Counted from the first letter of the whole stretch, positions 24,751 to 38,859 are shown. The stretch is DNA of 60,940 nt, filler included, from Sluysia triapertura (GCA_046118255.1; 5 parts of 5 records of this genome joined end to end with filler, not necessarily neighbours in it), one strand, 5' to 3'. Notes: generated from the sequence alone by a model not told the origin. Program-made: numbers and translations.

Positions 24751-27212
24751 ATATTCTTTATATTATCACAAGATTACAACTCTTTGTAACAATGAAAATA
24801 CAAATTATACTTTATAACAATAATCGTACGAATTATTATTTATAGCAATATAAATCACTCTTCAATGACAAATATTAACCAAAAGTGAAACAACTTATTT
24901 AAATATTCGCACCTGTATTAATGAAAAATATAAACAGTAAAAAATGTATTACTAACCCTTGTTCTAAAAAGAAAATAGTTTATTTTAGTCACTAAAGAAA
25001 TAACTTTAGTGTCACCGTTATCCACAGATGAACTAAAGCAGCTTCCCTAAAGATAATTTGATTCTTCTTTACACTATTTTAATGTCACTTTCCTTCTGTT
25101 TTTATTGCAGAAATGTAACTGCTTATATAGCATTTTTATGGCAATTCGTGAAACTTTTTATCGTATTCTTATATCAAAAAATGAGTTACTGGTTTTAGTT
25201 TTTTGCGAAAATGGTGTACAAGATGGAATGACATTTGTCAACAGACATTAGGCAAAAAATTATAATAATGCTACTTAATTGTACATAGATAATAATTTAT
25301 ATGTTTGGGCATTATCACATTATTGTAGATGTATATTTATTTATATTAAAATTATAATCTTTATTTTTAATAATAACTAAGTTATCGTTATTGTTTTATT
25401 ACTATTAATTTTATTATGTAATTCACTATAAAAATTCTTATTACAATCTAAACAAATGCTTAAGGCACATAACAAATTCATTATAACATAAACTTTTAAC
25501 ACAATAATAAGACAAAATTCGTTTATTTACTGGCGATAACATTAAGTTTCTAATCACTCTTGACACATCAATAAAATGAGTAGTTTTAAGTATGTAAGGC
25601 TTATGTTCTCGACGGATCATCGTTCCAACTGATACGGGATGGCTATACTGCCGAGTACCATCTACATTCGTGAACACAACTTCTTTACCAAAGGAGATAC
25701 CAGTCTTTTTGTCATTGGGATATAGTTCATCCGTCGTGTTACCATTATTTAGTTGGTACATTTTAGCATTGAAGTAATCGGTTTTACAAGAGAAAACATT
25801 TTTTGAACCACATAATGAGCATTATGGAAAGTGGACAACAAGACATCTTCAAAATGAAGAGTATCTTGTCCATAAATTTTAAAACTTAAGAACCAAACAG
25901 TGTTACTAAAATTATGAACATAATTTGAATTAATATAAATGTTTTTATAAACTTTAAAAAACAAAATATGTTTTGAATTAAAAACTTGAAGACATAAAAT
26001 AAAGCTAAAACAATTAAACTTTAAAACATTCAAATCGTTCTTTAGTAGTGTGGTGTCTCAGTCATATACTGTACTTTTATTCCCACATATAGTCACATAT
26101 TTACATAAAAGTCATTCGGTAATACTCTTGACATTGCACAACTTCAACTCATATCACACAAATTACAAGACTCAAAAATAAAAAAATCTTCAACTATTAT
26201 TATAAATTATCATATCATCTTTCTAATTTGCCTCAATATCACCTCTGAGAACTCTTTTTATTCCATGTTCTAAATAACTCCTTATCATTAGTGTAACAAA
26301 ATGGTATTATTCTATACATATAGTAATCGATTTGAAATCTATAAATAAATTATTTAGTGCTAAGTAAATGTTAAAACTTATTTTATAATCTTTATATTTG
26401 ACTCTGTAAATGTCTATTTCGATTTATTTTTTTGATTTTTCTTATAATTATTAATTTCTGTTGTAACTATTTTCTCTTTTTTATAATTATCAATATTTTA
26501 AACATTTTTCATACATATTGAAGTATAATTTTGTATTCTTCATGAACTATATGATTTGAATCACTTTTAATTGCCACTTGTTTAAATATTACTTTGTAAA
26601 GATTTGAATCACTTTTAAAAGTTTTTGTTATGTAAAATCGGCTGTAAATATGGATGACGTTAATAAATTTGTCTTAGAGATGGCGTTTTATAAAGAGTTT
26701 AGTTTACAAAACCATTTTATCGAACAAGCTATTTTCAAACAGAAAAACCCAATGAAACTAAGTGGAAAAGCCTTCGAGTGAATTTCGTGATTTTGGCACA
26801 AATTATGAACGAAGGTTCGATGAAAGAAATCAATGACAGTTTGAGATCAAAGCTGGCTATTGATAAAATGCTAATATGGTAAAAAAACTAACGATAATCA
26901 AGATTTGAAAAAGTTCTGAATAGAATTGTTCCGAATAACTGAATAATAACTCCTCCAAAGAATGTTTGATGCACACGTAAAATTATTGTAATTGATAACA
27001 CGGAAGAAGAGTTGAAAGTAATGCTTTAAAAAACACTTTAAATAATTTGTATGTCAAAAAATTTTGTGCGCATTTGCTAAAACCGTAACTCTTTAAATAT
27101 ATTTTTCAAAGTTGACCTTAAAGACATTAAAACAAAATTAAAGGAGATAAAAATAAAGAAATTAATTTTTTATACAGAATTATTTTATTGATATTTATTT
27201 TAGTATTTTTTA

Positions 27213-27312
27213 NNNNNNNNNNNNNNNNNNNNNNNNNNNNNNNNNNNNNNNNNNNNTTAATTAATTAANNNNNNNNNNNNNNNNNNNNNNNNNNNNNNNN
27301 NNNNNNNNNNNN
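27213..27312. other. Artificial contig spacer
   Basis: Same construct as 12081-12180. Confidence 0.97.
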
Positions 27313-28100
27313 TGATTTGTGTGAGAGAGTGTTTGGTTGTGAGATTGTGAATTGATTGGATGATGAGAGAGTATAAAATAAAGATTTCTGAATTTTTACA
27401 ACACAATAGTAGCGATGACCCACTAGTAGTTATACGAAGATCCATGTTTGTAGTAAATTTTTTTGTATTGTTAATTTTATTTTATTTAAATTAACGGACA
27501 AATTTTATTTGAATTATTTTTTAACAATTATGTGGGTAACTGATCGCATAATTTATTGCAAAATATTTTGTGAGATTTTTGCTAGGAAACACCTATCTAA
27601 ATTCTATTTCTATTCAGTTATTTTAAAGTGATTTTAGAGACAACACTCTGCCAAATTTTTGTTAAGAATTATATATTTAAAATACTTTTGATTTTCAGCT
27701 ATTTTAAAGTAATTTCAGAGATTACACTCTGCTCAATTTAATTTTTTAAAATATTTTTATTTAAGACTACTATTCTAAACTTTCTGGATATCCAATTTTT
27801 TTGGGTTGTTTTGTTTTAATTAGATTGTATAGTCTTTAATTTTATTATAAACATTATTGTCATTTTAGTGATTATCAGCATTTAGTCAAGATTTTCACTA
27901 ATAATAAATTGTATTACGAATTTTTGTTTAAAAGTATATTAACGACTTAGTTTTGATTTTGATTCCAAGAACTTGAATTTGGGATAATAGTTATTGATAT
28001 AGTTACACGATAAAATTATACTTGATGTACTAACTATTGAAATGATTAAGGTTTAAACTGATCAAGATAATAATACTGAGTCTTAATAATTAACAAGTTT
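27313..28100 (+). repeat. Repeat related to the interior of the 44098-45624 element
   Basis: atttgt.tgagaga.tgttt..tgattggatgatgaga.a.tataaaa..acacaa..ga.gatccatg is shared with 44800-44945; right boundary approximate. Confidence 0.5.
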
Positions 28101-28154
28101 AAAGACGCAACAGTTGTATAGCGTTGCGTTTGTTTCAAAAGCACACAACCAACT

Positions 28155-28312
28155 ACCAGGGAGTGTCAAATTGCTGAAAGATTATAAAATGTTTAAGAAA
28201 AGGCAAAATTCCTTCTGTTTCAGAAATATTATAATGAATGATTTATTTTAAGCGCTTTTGAGTGCTTACTTTGCAGTGGATGTGAGCACAATATAAATTA
28301 ATATATTATTAT
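28155..28312 (+). mobile_element. L2 LINE 3' end fragment
   Basis: Reverse-complement match to 540-675; ends ...gagcacaatataaattaatatattattat. Confidence 0.75.
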
Positions 28313-30352
28313 ATGCTCTAACTCTTAAGAACCCTTAACAGTGATAACTCTAAATGTTTTGACGAATATCTTTATGAATAATTTCCTATTACGTTCAATA
28401 TTAAAGCGTTAATAATAAATAATTAATTGCAATATTTCTGAAATAGAAATATTTTAATATTCCTGTAGTTAAATATTATCTAATGTCTCGTAATGTATTT
28501 TCAAAGATGGTGCATATAAGATATCACCTTTCGTATTATTACTATACATTATGTATCAATTGTTATATTTTAAAGCCATGATCATCAAAGTTTGCCTATT
28601 GTTTATTTCCATATAATAATAATCATGTGTATATTATTATTCTAATTTTGAATTCTACTTTTCATTTTGTTAATGTTTTGTTAATAAAAAATTAAAAATA
28701 TAATTATTAATTTTTTATAATGCATTTGTTTTAATTTGATATTTATTAATTTTGGTAAATAGTAAATTGTTTATGCAAAATTTAAATTTTATGAATTTAA
28801 AGTAAATAATATCGGTTATTCTGAAAAATATTGTTTCTTAGTTATTCATTATAAAATTGTTTGAAATACCTAACTTAGTGAATGGTGAAATCAAATTAGT
28901 GAATTTCGGTGAAATGTTTACTATGAAAACCCATACTAATCAAAAATGATAGTCAAATAATATATAGCAGATTGCAAAATTCATCGTTGATACATCGGTT
29001 ATATTTATTTGTTTTTTAACATAACCGATTAGATTTTTTTAAACAAAATTGATATTTTATTCATTTGAATTTTTCCGTTATTTTTTGCGAAATTAATTTT
29101 AATTATCTTCAATTATTTTCTGTTTAATGATTTTTCGTACATTAATCTTCTGTGAAATATATTTGAAGAAATCAAAAATGATATTGGAATTATAATGCTG
29201 TAGCAGTTTATTGTGATTCAAATTTAAGTTTGTTATTAAGTGAAATTTAGAGAAAAAGTCAACTGGACATTAAATTCATAATATTATGTATACATGGGAT
29301 ATTGTTGCAATGCGAAATGATTTAAAACTGTATCTAATTTCAGTAACTAATCTAAAAATGCGATAATTAATGATGATTTTATGTTGAAAGAAACAGAATT
29401 TAATGCTGTAACCTATAAATTAATTCCATATATTGAAGTGTTTTTAAGCAATATTTTTATATTAAAAAACGTATCTATAAACGAATAATGTGTAACAATT
29501 TAGTTCAAAATTGAAGGTCTAAATATTATTTGGAAGTTTCAAAAATAATAAATATTTGATGTAGATTTATTAAACTTGAACTCGTTAATAATGTTTATTA
29601 AAGAATGCTGATGACGCTTAGGGCGTTCATTAAATAAAGTAATTATCAACAAATTAATTTTATTTAAAAAGTTTAGTAATGTTCAACTTATCTCATGGCA
29701 CTAATTTGGTAACGTTACATTTATAAAATTTATCTTTAATAAGTTTAATAATACTTGAGCAGAAATATTTGAACTTAGTCTTAATTGATAAATGAATCTT
29801 TCTATCTTAAAGTTGAATTTTATGAACTCTTTGTTTGTGTTACTAATGTTAACTTTACTGTGATTAATATAATTAAAGCTAAAATACAATTCACTAATAA
29901 TAAAAGATTGACAACGCATTAACAAATGTGAATTTTATATTGAATATAAAAACACGAATTTTCGATTTTACTGCCTTATCACTACATGCGAATCTCGTAT
30001 TGAATATAAAAATATGAATTTTCAACTTTATTGCCCTATGTCTACTTGCGTCAATCTGCCTAGCTTTGCGAAGATCATCTAAATAAAAATGATAATTTAA
30101 TTTGTAGAAAATTTTAATAAAAGAAAAATCTACGTTCTCAGTATGTTCAATAAACATTAATTTCCAAACCATTATACCGCCACACTGGAACTATGAGTGA
30201 CCGATAGAGTTAATTTTTTCCGAATAGAAGTTTATTTTATCTTTAAACTAATATGATTTTGATCTGGAAAATGTCATTATTATATTATAGTTATACGATT
30301 TGAACAGGTTCTTAATATTGATATAATTCTTACAATTTATCATTTAAAGATG

Positions 30353-31243
30353 TCAACAAATATTATTCAAAACATTAGCATAAAAATTAGTTATATATAC
30401 ACTATTCTTTATAAACTTTCTAGAGATATGATTTATTCCATAATTCAAATTATTCGACACAGGCAATAAATTAGGGATATCTACGATAGCCCTATCAACT
30501 AAGGTAACACTAATTTCAAAATATATATAATTGTTAACAACATCAAATTCTAGAAAAAGCATAAAAGACAACATTAAAATAGACTCATATTTATCAAACA
30601 GACCAAATGATTCATTATCGGAACATATAAAAGAGCATACACATAAAATAGATATTAAATTATAATTGACATATTTGTAAACTTTATAACCTTTTTGATA
30701 ATTATGCATATAGAATATTACTTTATGATTGCCATTGGTAACAACTGAAGATGGATCATCATTCGTTTTTCTAGGGTAGACATTTCTGATAGTACTTAAA
30801 ATTAATTTCACCAAGCTTTCACATTCAATTTGATTATCGAAGTCTAATCTAACAATTTATTCTTGTATACTATTTAATTTCATACTATAAACTATAGACT
30901 TAGGGATTTTAATACGCATTTCACCATTTGAAATTGGAGCAGTACAGATAATCGACTTAATTGGTTCCAACATAAACTTTAATCTTAATTTCTGGATTCC
31001 ATTATACTTTCCAATAAATAAATCATTATGACTAATATATACATGGTAGTTCGATATTGATATTGATTTATAACTTTTCCAACATTGATCTTCTAACGAA
31101 ATATTAACAGCAGTTATTAGTTTTAAGACGGTACATAAGCCACTTAAATTCTTAAACCAGAATGTTTCATTGTCGAATCTGATAAATACAGTTTTACTAA
31201 AATACTGACTGATTTCCATTGCCAGATGTTGCATTGATGCCAC
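30353..31243 (-). pseudogene. ~296-codon reading frame of unknown family broken by one in-frame TAA
   Basis: ORFs 30857-31243 and 30353-30814 are in the same frame, separated by one TAA plus 14 open codons; non-repetitive composition. Confidence 0.4.
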
Positions 31244-31489
31244 ATTAGAAGCCTGTTTATAGATAAAATTAGTGATAACTTTTATTAAAAAGACACAATT
31301 GAGGATTGAATCTGGAATTTTGAAAAATACTTCTTAAGGTAGTAGGCAAATCACCTTCCATTGCTGACTGCATAAGTCGTGAATCGCGAATTTGATCTTG
31401 GTTTATATGTAACAAAATAAAAGTGATTAGTTAATGTTAGTTGTGGATAAATAATGATCATATAAAAATAGTACTTGATTTTTAGATTA

Positions 31490-32560
31490 TGATGATCGGT
31501 GATTGGTCATCCAACCAAAAATGTTTGTTTGCAAAGTATTAAACTTCATTCTGGTTGGATGGCCAGTAATATGAGTAGAAAATTTATTAATTAATGTACC
31601 AACGCACAAGGGACAAACCACCATTCATGTTGACATTCATTTGGACATGGTGATTAACTATGTCAGCATGAATGGTGGTAATTTGCTGATTGATACACAA
31701 ATTTATTTCATTAAAATTAAAATGTCAATAATAAAAAGTATAATAATAAAATTAGTAATAATAATAATAGTATAACATAATAAAAGCTTGGCAATAATAA
31801 TAACAATAACAATATTGTTATTATTATTGTCAATATAAAAAGAAAATGCATAAACTTCTTTTCCTTGAGATTTAAACACGAACTTCCTTTAAATTCTTTA
31901 GATTTCTAGACATATTGGAAAAAAATTTAAAGTATATTTGAAACTGCAATTTCTGAATAGACTATTTTAAATGAATTTACATTCGTGATAAATGTTTTAA
32001 GGTATGGTAGTATTTCTAATGCAATGTAGTGAAATGTAGAACACTGGAATGAAATTTTAGGTATTGACTTATGTTTCTGATTAAGAGTGTATTTGAATAT
32101 TGGAAGATCGTGAATAAAAGACCTGTTGATAAGAGTCTGGTTTAATAAATGTGAAAGGTAAATTATAACGCAACTTTTAATTTGTTTGAAGTATTATTAT
32201 GAAATGTTTTATGTAATTTATTTATTTGTTGTTTTAGAAAGATATTGTATTGTGTTGTTGGTGACAATGCAAAGGCAAACGTTGAATTTAAGGTGTTATA
32301 ATTGATTCGAAAGTGTGAAATACATGATTTCAAATGTGGATATTATTTGGTTATTATGGATGTCGTGTTACATGTTTTTGGTGTAAGTCGATGGTATTAG
32401 ATGTAACTGTGGTTTGTATATTATGAGATTGCGAAAATGGCTTAGTCTAGGCAATGAACTGTTTTGTAAGTGTGTAGGATGTAAGTGTGTGAATATCAAA
32501 GTGTTGAAGATTTAATTAATTTTTTTTAAATTTTAACGGTTATAAAGGTTGTCCACTACA
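31490..32560. mobile_element. Copy B of the twin-hairpin element, more diverged, abutting the PolB relic
   Basis: Hairpins at 31500-31680, AAT tract, GT-rich arm, terminus ggttgtccactaca at 32560. Confidence 0.7.
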
Positions 32561-33710
32561 ATATATAGAATTAAATTTAGGTTTATGAGTTAATAATAAT
32601 TTTTTAACTTTAGCACTTGGTAAACATTTACATTCAAGAGCTAAAGATGACATACACAATAAGAGTAAGTCATCTAACTTATAGTGTATAGGAAATGGAA
32701 TAATTAAGTCAATTTCGAATATATAAACTATTTAGAGTATCTGTATTTGGTAAATTTATAATTAATTTATTTAAATCATAAATCCATTATGCGGTAATGA
32801 TAAAGCTCAACCAAATAATTTATTAATATTTATGTACAATAAATTAGCATTGTTATCAGCTGTTGCATAATATTTGTTGACAGATGCTATATTACCTCTT
32901 AGACCATTTTCGAAAAAACTACACTGATCATGATCATTTAAAACCAATAACTCATCATCTTTCAATTTAAGCTGATGCCAACTTAAACCAGGTAATGATA
33001 AAAAGTTGACTGGATCTAAATGACCTTCACTTATCGTTGTTTTCCTAAATTCTCAAAGATATCAGCCAATAAATATGTATTTAATTTTAAGTAAGCCATC
33101 ATGTAATCAAATAAATTATCACAATTTAATTATCATGTTTTAATTTTTTATTATAATCTTCAACACTTATACCATTATTCTACTCTAATGGTAATGTTAT
33201 TAATATTTTGTAGTACACAAAGTGAATTAGCCATATGATATGGAAAAATACATTTTGATTTTGCTAAGCTATTTGAAAAAACTTTACTAGTTAATGGTAA
33301 AGTAGACTCGTGCTAGTGAAATTTGCTAAATCACTTTCTAAAAGTTGTAAACTATCTACAAATTTAATTGAAAATTTTTTAAATGATTTAGTATAAGCAA
33401 ATAAGGCTTGAAAAGTTTTTGAACTTTGTCCTACACAAGTTATTTCTCAATTTATTAATTCACCCAATGCGTATTTTAATACATTTACTAAATACTATAG
33501 GTAAAGTCTGACGAATTTTTCTATTTAAATTACATTTATTATAAGATGCACCTAAATAGTTACAGCTAAAATGGTTATGATCTTTAACAAGTTTAGTTTC
33601 TAGTTTTGTATTACTAAACTGAAATTGTTCGTAACTAGTTAAATTCATTCATTTTTAATCGTTGTATTAGGGTATAACTGTATTTTGAACAAGTTTGTGT
33701 TTTAAAATAG
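32561..33710 (-). pseudogene. Decayed Maverick/Polinton/adintovirus-type family B DNA polymerase with N-terminal endonuclease VII-like motif
   Basis: Manual minus-strand translation across frameshifts gives, in order: VKDHNHFSCNYLGASYNKCNL..LPIVF; IKFVDSLQLL; KCIFPYHM..GISVEDY; YMMAYLKLNTYLLADIFE/FRK..HLDPVNFLSLPGLSW; FFENGLRGNIASVNKYYATADN; YININKLFG*ALS; YIFEIDL..KKLLLTH. This is the motif order of invertebrate Maverick-type PolB. Confidence 0.85.
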
Positions 33711-36700
33711 AAATAAATAACAATTATAATTTTGAAAATATTTTTTATGTATGAATAAATTCAAATTACGAATAATATATTATATTGTAATATTGTGATA
33801 TTATTTGTAATATTTAATAATTGCCTAATAATTGTAATGATATGAACAAGGATTCTCAAAGTCGAATATTAAGACATATGAGTTGTAACTCTATAACCGA
33901 TGAAGATAAAACACTGGATAATCTTAGGGATTTAAATTCCAATTTGATGAGATTTAAAAGAAAGGGGTCCAAACCTATTAAAGCAACCGCTGAATTTATG
34001 TGTTTAGAAGATGAATATGTAGATTGTGATTTTATAGCTAAAGATTTTTTTGTTCATTTCGTCAATGATCATTTTAAAATCTAAAGATTTTAAACTAAAA
34101 GTTTTATTGTCATTTTGTAAAAGATTTTGGAAAAGAATTCAAAGTTAACATTTCGTTGTTAATAAGTATTTTAATAGACATTAAAATTTTTGACTTTCGA
34201 TTTTTAAAGCAAGGTTTTTTATCCAACACGATTTGAGTTATTTTAGATTTGGGATGTAGGTTTATTGTTAATAAACAATTTTCTTGTTCGTTGTGTTTTG
34301 ATTATTACCAAAAACTTTTGTCGTCTAAAGTTATGGTCAATTATAAATACAATTTTCATTTCATCAAGGACCTTAATTCCATGATTATTTTATATGAACG
34401 CGTCAACAGTTCAATAATATTACCAGTAAAATGACTACATACTTAAATATTATAATCAGAGGTATTAAGCGAGTACTAACTTTGTATCGTAACTTTGCAC
34501 CTTAAGCGCCAACTCAATTTTTTAATTTTAACTATAATTTTAATTACATGATTGTAATTAAAATTCCAAATTAAATTGGTGTCATGACCCAACTCCTGTT
34601 TGGGTGCTCAACACGCCTTCGTTTTCTTTTTAAACAATTTTATTTGCAATGGTAATAAATGTAATAGTTATAACAATAATAAATGTAATAATAATCAGAT
34701 TATTAACAAAATTACTAATAATATTAATAGCGACAATAATATTAATAACGATGATTTTAACAATAATAATATCAAAATTAATGAAATATTTTCAAAACTT
34801 CTTATATGCATCACTTATAAAACATCTTTACTTAAACCATGCACAAAAAGGTTTTTTAGAATACATACAAGATATGTATAGTCTTCCTTTTTGATTTTTA
34901 AAACCCGTTGAATATACTTCAACTCAATGTTTTGAATAAAAAAAGTCGGACATTTAACGCTAAAGGAATCTAATATCACGTATCCTACAATGACACTAGT
35001 CGTAGTTACAATTACGGAGAAAAGTCTCGTTATCGTCACTTTGAAATGGATATTCTAATCGATGCTGATAGTCCAGTATTAATATCAGAATTTGTGGAAG
35101 AGAGAAATTTATTTAATAAAGATTGTAATGATGTAATCCATACATAACACGACACCTTTTCAGAAACGAGAACATAGCTTAATTATTTCATATCACATGT
35201 AAAGAGATTTTTATAATCTACTAAAAATACGATTTAATAAATCAAAATTTAAATACATATCTACGATATTTAATAATGTATTTTATACTTGCTGCCACAA
35301 TAACAAATTATTTCATGTTATTATAATAAATAATAATTAGATAAAAATATAATATAATTTTTGGATAACAATAAATCAATAATGGATATAAACAATAAAT
35401 CCTCATTAATACTTTTACATGGCTTAGGAGCAATGGGAACTCATTTATGATTATTAGTATGTGTAGCAAATTAAATTAAATTAAATGTATTAAATTCAAA
35501 TAAAGCGTTCACTTTGTAATTCAAATTTACCAAAGTATTTAGAAAGTTTCATTTTGTAGAAATCATAAAGTTAAAAAATTAATATTATAAATAATTTTTA
35601 AGCAAAAACAATTAAGTGGAAAAAGAAAACTTTAGAAATTAAAATATTAAATTTTGAATTCTAAAACAACTGTAGCATATGAAAAGCAATATTAAAAAAT
35701 TCAATTGAAATATTAAATTAAATCCAGCTGAAATATTTTTGATATTATAAATACAGTACAAAAGTAAATTGTTTAAAAACAACACAACAAATAATGGATT
35801 TTAGAATTAGTAAGGTTTAAAAATAGAGAAGATTTTTCGATATTCGAGAAGTTGTATTCAAATACTCAAATCCACAACAGAACATTCGATTGGAGATAAA
35901 CCAAGCATCGAACGGAACTAATTTAATTTTACAATGATTTTGTAAGTTCATTCATTGTAAGTTAGCTTCCTTATGGGAGTGATAATTCAGACTCAAATTA
36001 CATTCATTTAACGATAAAATCAATTAAAATAATTAAATTTATTATTATAATTGTTTTAATAAATGAGTATACCTTTTAGTATAATAAAATCTGTATTATA
36101 AGTGCACAATCTAACATTTTGATAAATAAATTTACCACTTAGTTCATTATTAAATAAACAGACCGCAAAGTTTGTAATATAAGTAATTCAAAAATCAGAG
36201 AAGATATAAGCAAATAGAATTCAAGATTATTTTGCAAGACTTACAATTTTAAATCTCTGGTTTTGTGAAATTAAACCAAAGTAATATAGAATACCATAAT
36301 TTGATATAAAGTACACAAAAGGTTTTATGTTTTGTATTTTTATAATTATATGAATTTTAAAATGTTAATTGATATCGATAGTTGACATTCCATACATTAA
36401 ATATTATATTTTAATATATGGAATATCAACATTAAATGGCTTCGCGGAATGTTCGAAGTAATACAGAATACCATAGTATTAAAATTTCAAATAAACGTTT
36501 TACGATTAATAATAAAAATTTGGGTTTTTGCAAAGTTTAAAAACTACCTAGTATTCAAAACCTAAATTATAACTCTCCACTAAAATTAAATATGCAAACT
36601 TCTACATATACACATATATACATATTATCACTATTATTACTAATATTTGTTAATTCATTATAAATTTTACAACTTGACAAATAAAGTAAGTCGGAATGAA

Positions 36701-37782
36701 AGGGTTAATAATTAACAATTATCAAAGTAACTTTGGTGTCATATAATATTTGTAACTGCAGTATTTAATATTAAAATAAACTTGAAGTATAACTTGCACA
36801 ATTTATAACTTGATATTATTAATTCTTTACTTATGATAACTCGTTTACATAATTCGAATGTTTGCCCAACGGTCATATTTATAACTTTGTTGATGTTTGA
36901 TTACTCGAATTGGATTAAAGCAACCAAAATACTTCTAGGTAATTGAATTCTCCTAATTAACCTTATATTTAAAATTAATTAACAATTATTTTTACCTAAC
37001 GATAATTTTAGTAACGTTTAACATCTTTTGTCATCATTGTATTATCCGTAATTTTTTCATTTCATCTTAGTGACCATTATATATTAATTTACCAAGGAAT
37101 ACTTTGGTAAGATTTTAATTAAATTTAACTATTAAACCTCAGAAATAAGCTGAGACTAAATTGTAAGTGATCAATTTAAAATATGGTCACAAACTCGAAA
37201 ATAATTACCTAAGATATTTCTTTGTATAAACATTATGTTTAATCATATAAATAAATCACATGCTATTATTTAGTATGGCTTTTATTAAATTATTAAATTA
37301 GCATTATTTAGTTATGTAACAGAACCAAATATCAACTTTTTTTATTTGTCAATAATGTTTAATATTAACAACAATCTAGTTTAACCTTTCTTTTGAAATC
37401 CATAAATTAACTAAATCAACACGACATTCTTTTAAAGCTGTATCTACACTAATATAACTCATTTCTTCATCTAATTTTTCTGAATCCATTTGAGTGTTTA
37501 TTAAATTTTGTACATAATACAAAGCCTCTCTGTCTCCTACTTCTGTATAATTAAAATAATATTATGTTAATTCAATTACATTTAATTAAATTAGAAAAAG
37601 TTTTTAAATTTCGAACTTTCTTATGTTTAGAATTTACTTATAGACAAAAGTTTAGATAATTTATTTAGAAAAAAATGGAATTGGAATGAAGATTGTGATG
37701 TGTTTCAAGAGATTAAACATCGAAATTTCTTAAGATCTTATTACATATGAAATACAATACATCACCTTATAGAACACCATAT

Positions 37783-38251
37783 GTCTTGTTGCTTGATTAA
37801 TTATTAATTGTAATTTTTTTACTTTTCCATATGAAATTGAGTACAATATACCATTGTTAAAATCTAGGTTCTTAGTTATCAATGAATGAACAATATGTTT
37901 AGGTGTTTCTTTATTAATAAATTTTCGAATATGTGATATTTTCTTAACTGTAAAATTAATATTTATATAATCTACTTAACACCCTATATTTCGTACTTTT
38001 AGTTTCGCATTTAGTATCTTATCACCTACAATTAACATTGTTTCATTTATTTTGGTATTGAGGCTATTTTTATTGCTGAAGATTATAAATTCTGACTTTT
38101 GTTCATTGATTTTCAAGTATTTATTTCCAAGCCATTATATCAATTCAGATTCTAGTTCTTCTATTCTTTGAATAGTATTTTCTATGTTCATTTCAAATTC
38201 AGTATACATTTACACGTCATCAGCATACACATATGATTCGATCATACTTGA
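37783..38251 (-). mobile_element. L2/CR1 LINE reverse transcriptase fragment with stops and frameshifts, cut by the contig end
   Basis: YADD at 38216-38227, then WLGNKYLKINEQKSEFI, KVRNIG, IRKFINKETPKHIVHSLITKNLDFNN; 37783-37848 matches 917-982. Confidence 0.88.
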
Positions 38252-38351
38252 NNNNNNNNNNNNNNNNNNNNNNNNNNNNNNNNNNNNNNNNNNNNTTAAT
38301 TAATTAANNNNNNNNNNNNNNNNNNNNNNNNNNNNNNNNNNNNNNNNNNNN
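38252..38351. other. Artificial contig spacer
   Basis: Same construct as 12081-12180. Confidence 0.97.

Positions 38352-38424
<73 letters not shown>
38352..38424. repeat. (TAT)n microsatellite at contig start
   Basis: Directly visible. Confidence 0.95.
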
Positions 38425-38859
38425 GGAATTGTTACAAGATTATTATAAATTAGGTTCTTATCACTATTTGCAAGATACTATTTTAATTTCTTATTCTTGA
38501 CAAATTTAAAATTATTAAATTTGTAATGGCGCTTTAAAAAAATATATACTTTGTGAAACGTTTGGTTTTAATTTTGTGAATTTATAAATGGTAACTTTTA
38601 ATTACTTAACCAATCTCAAATATCTTTAAAATCTTATGTTGGTTGTTGCAAAAACAGGTTCTAAGTTAATTTATGATTATACAAAACATTAGTTAGTTTA
38701 TAGTTATAATATTTATTTAATAAATAAATAAACATTCATTAAATTTTATTTGTTTATTCATTACAGTTAAAAATTGACAATACTCATTAAAATCTTGTTC
38801 AAGATATAAAACACAACATTATATAACTTTCTATTTATAAGAATTATAAATGTTAACCT

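Noticed and set aside
25441-26033. ORFs 25441-25761 and 25749-26033, and 59138-59410, as genes
   Set aside because: No recognisable domain or splice structure; cannot be supported without a search.
26650-27150. Gypsy gag remnant (MDDVNKFV..LSGKAFE*)
   Set aside because: Too short and degenerate; no protease, RT or PBS nearby.
29600-29640. Hammerhead ribozyme at ctgatgacgcttagggcg
   Set aside because: CTGATGA and a small stem are present but the required GAAA does not follow.
33821-34434. Transposase remnant next to the PolB relic
   Set aside because: No catalytic or family motif recognised.
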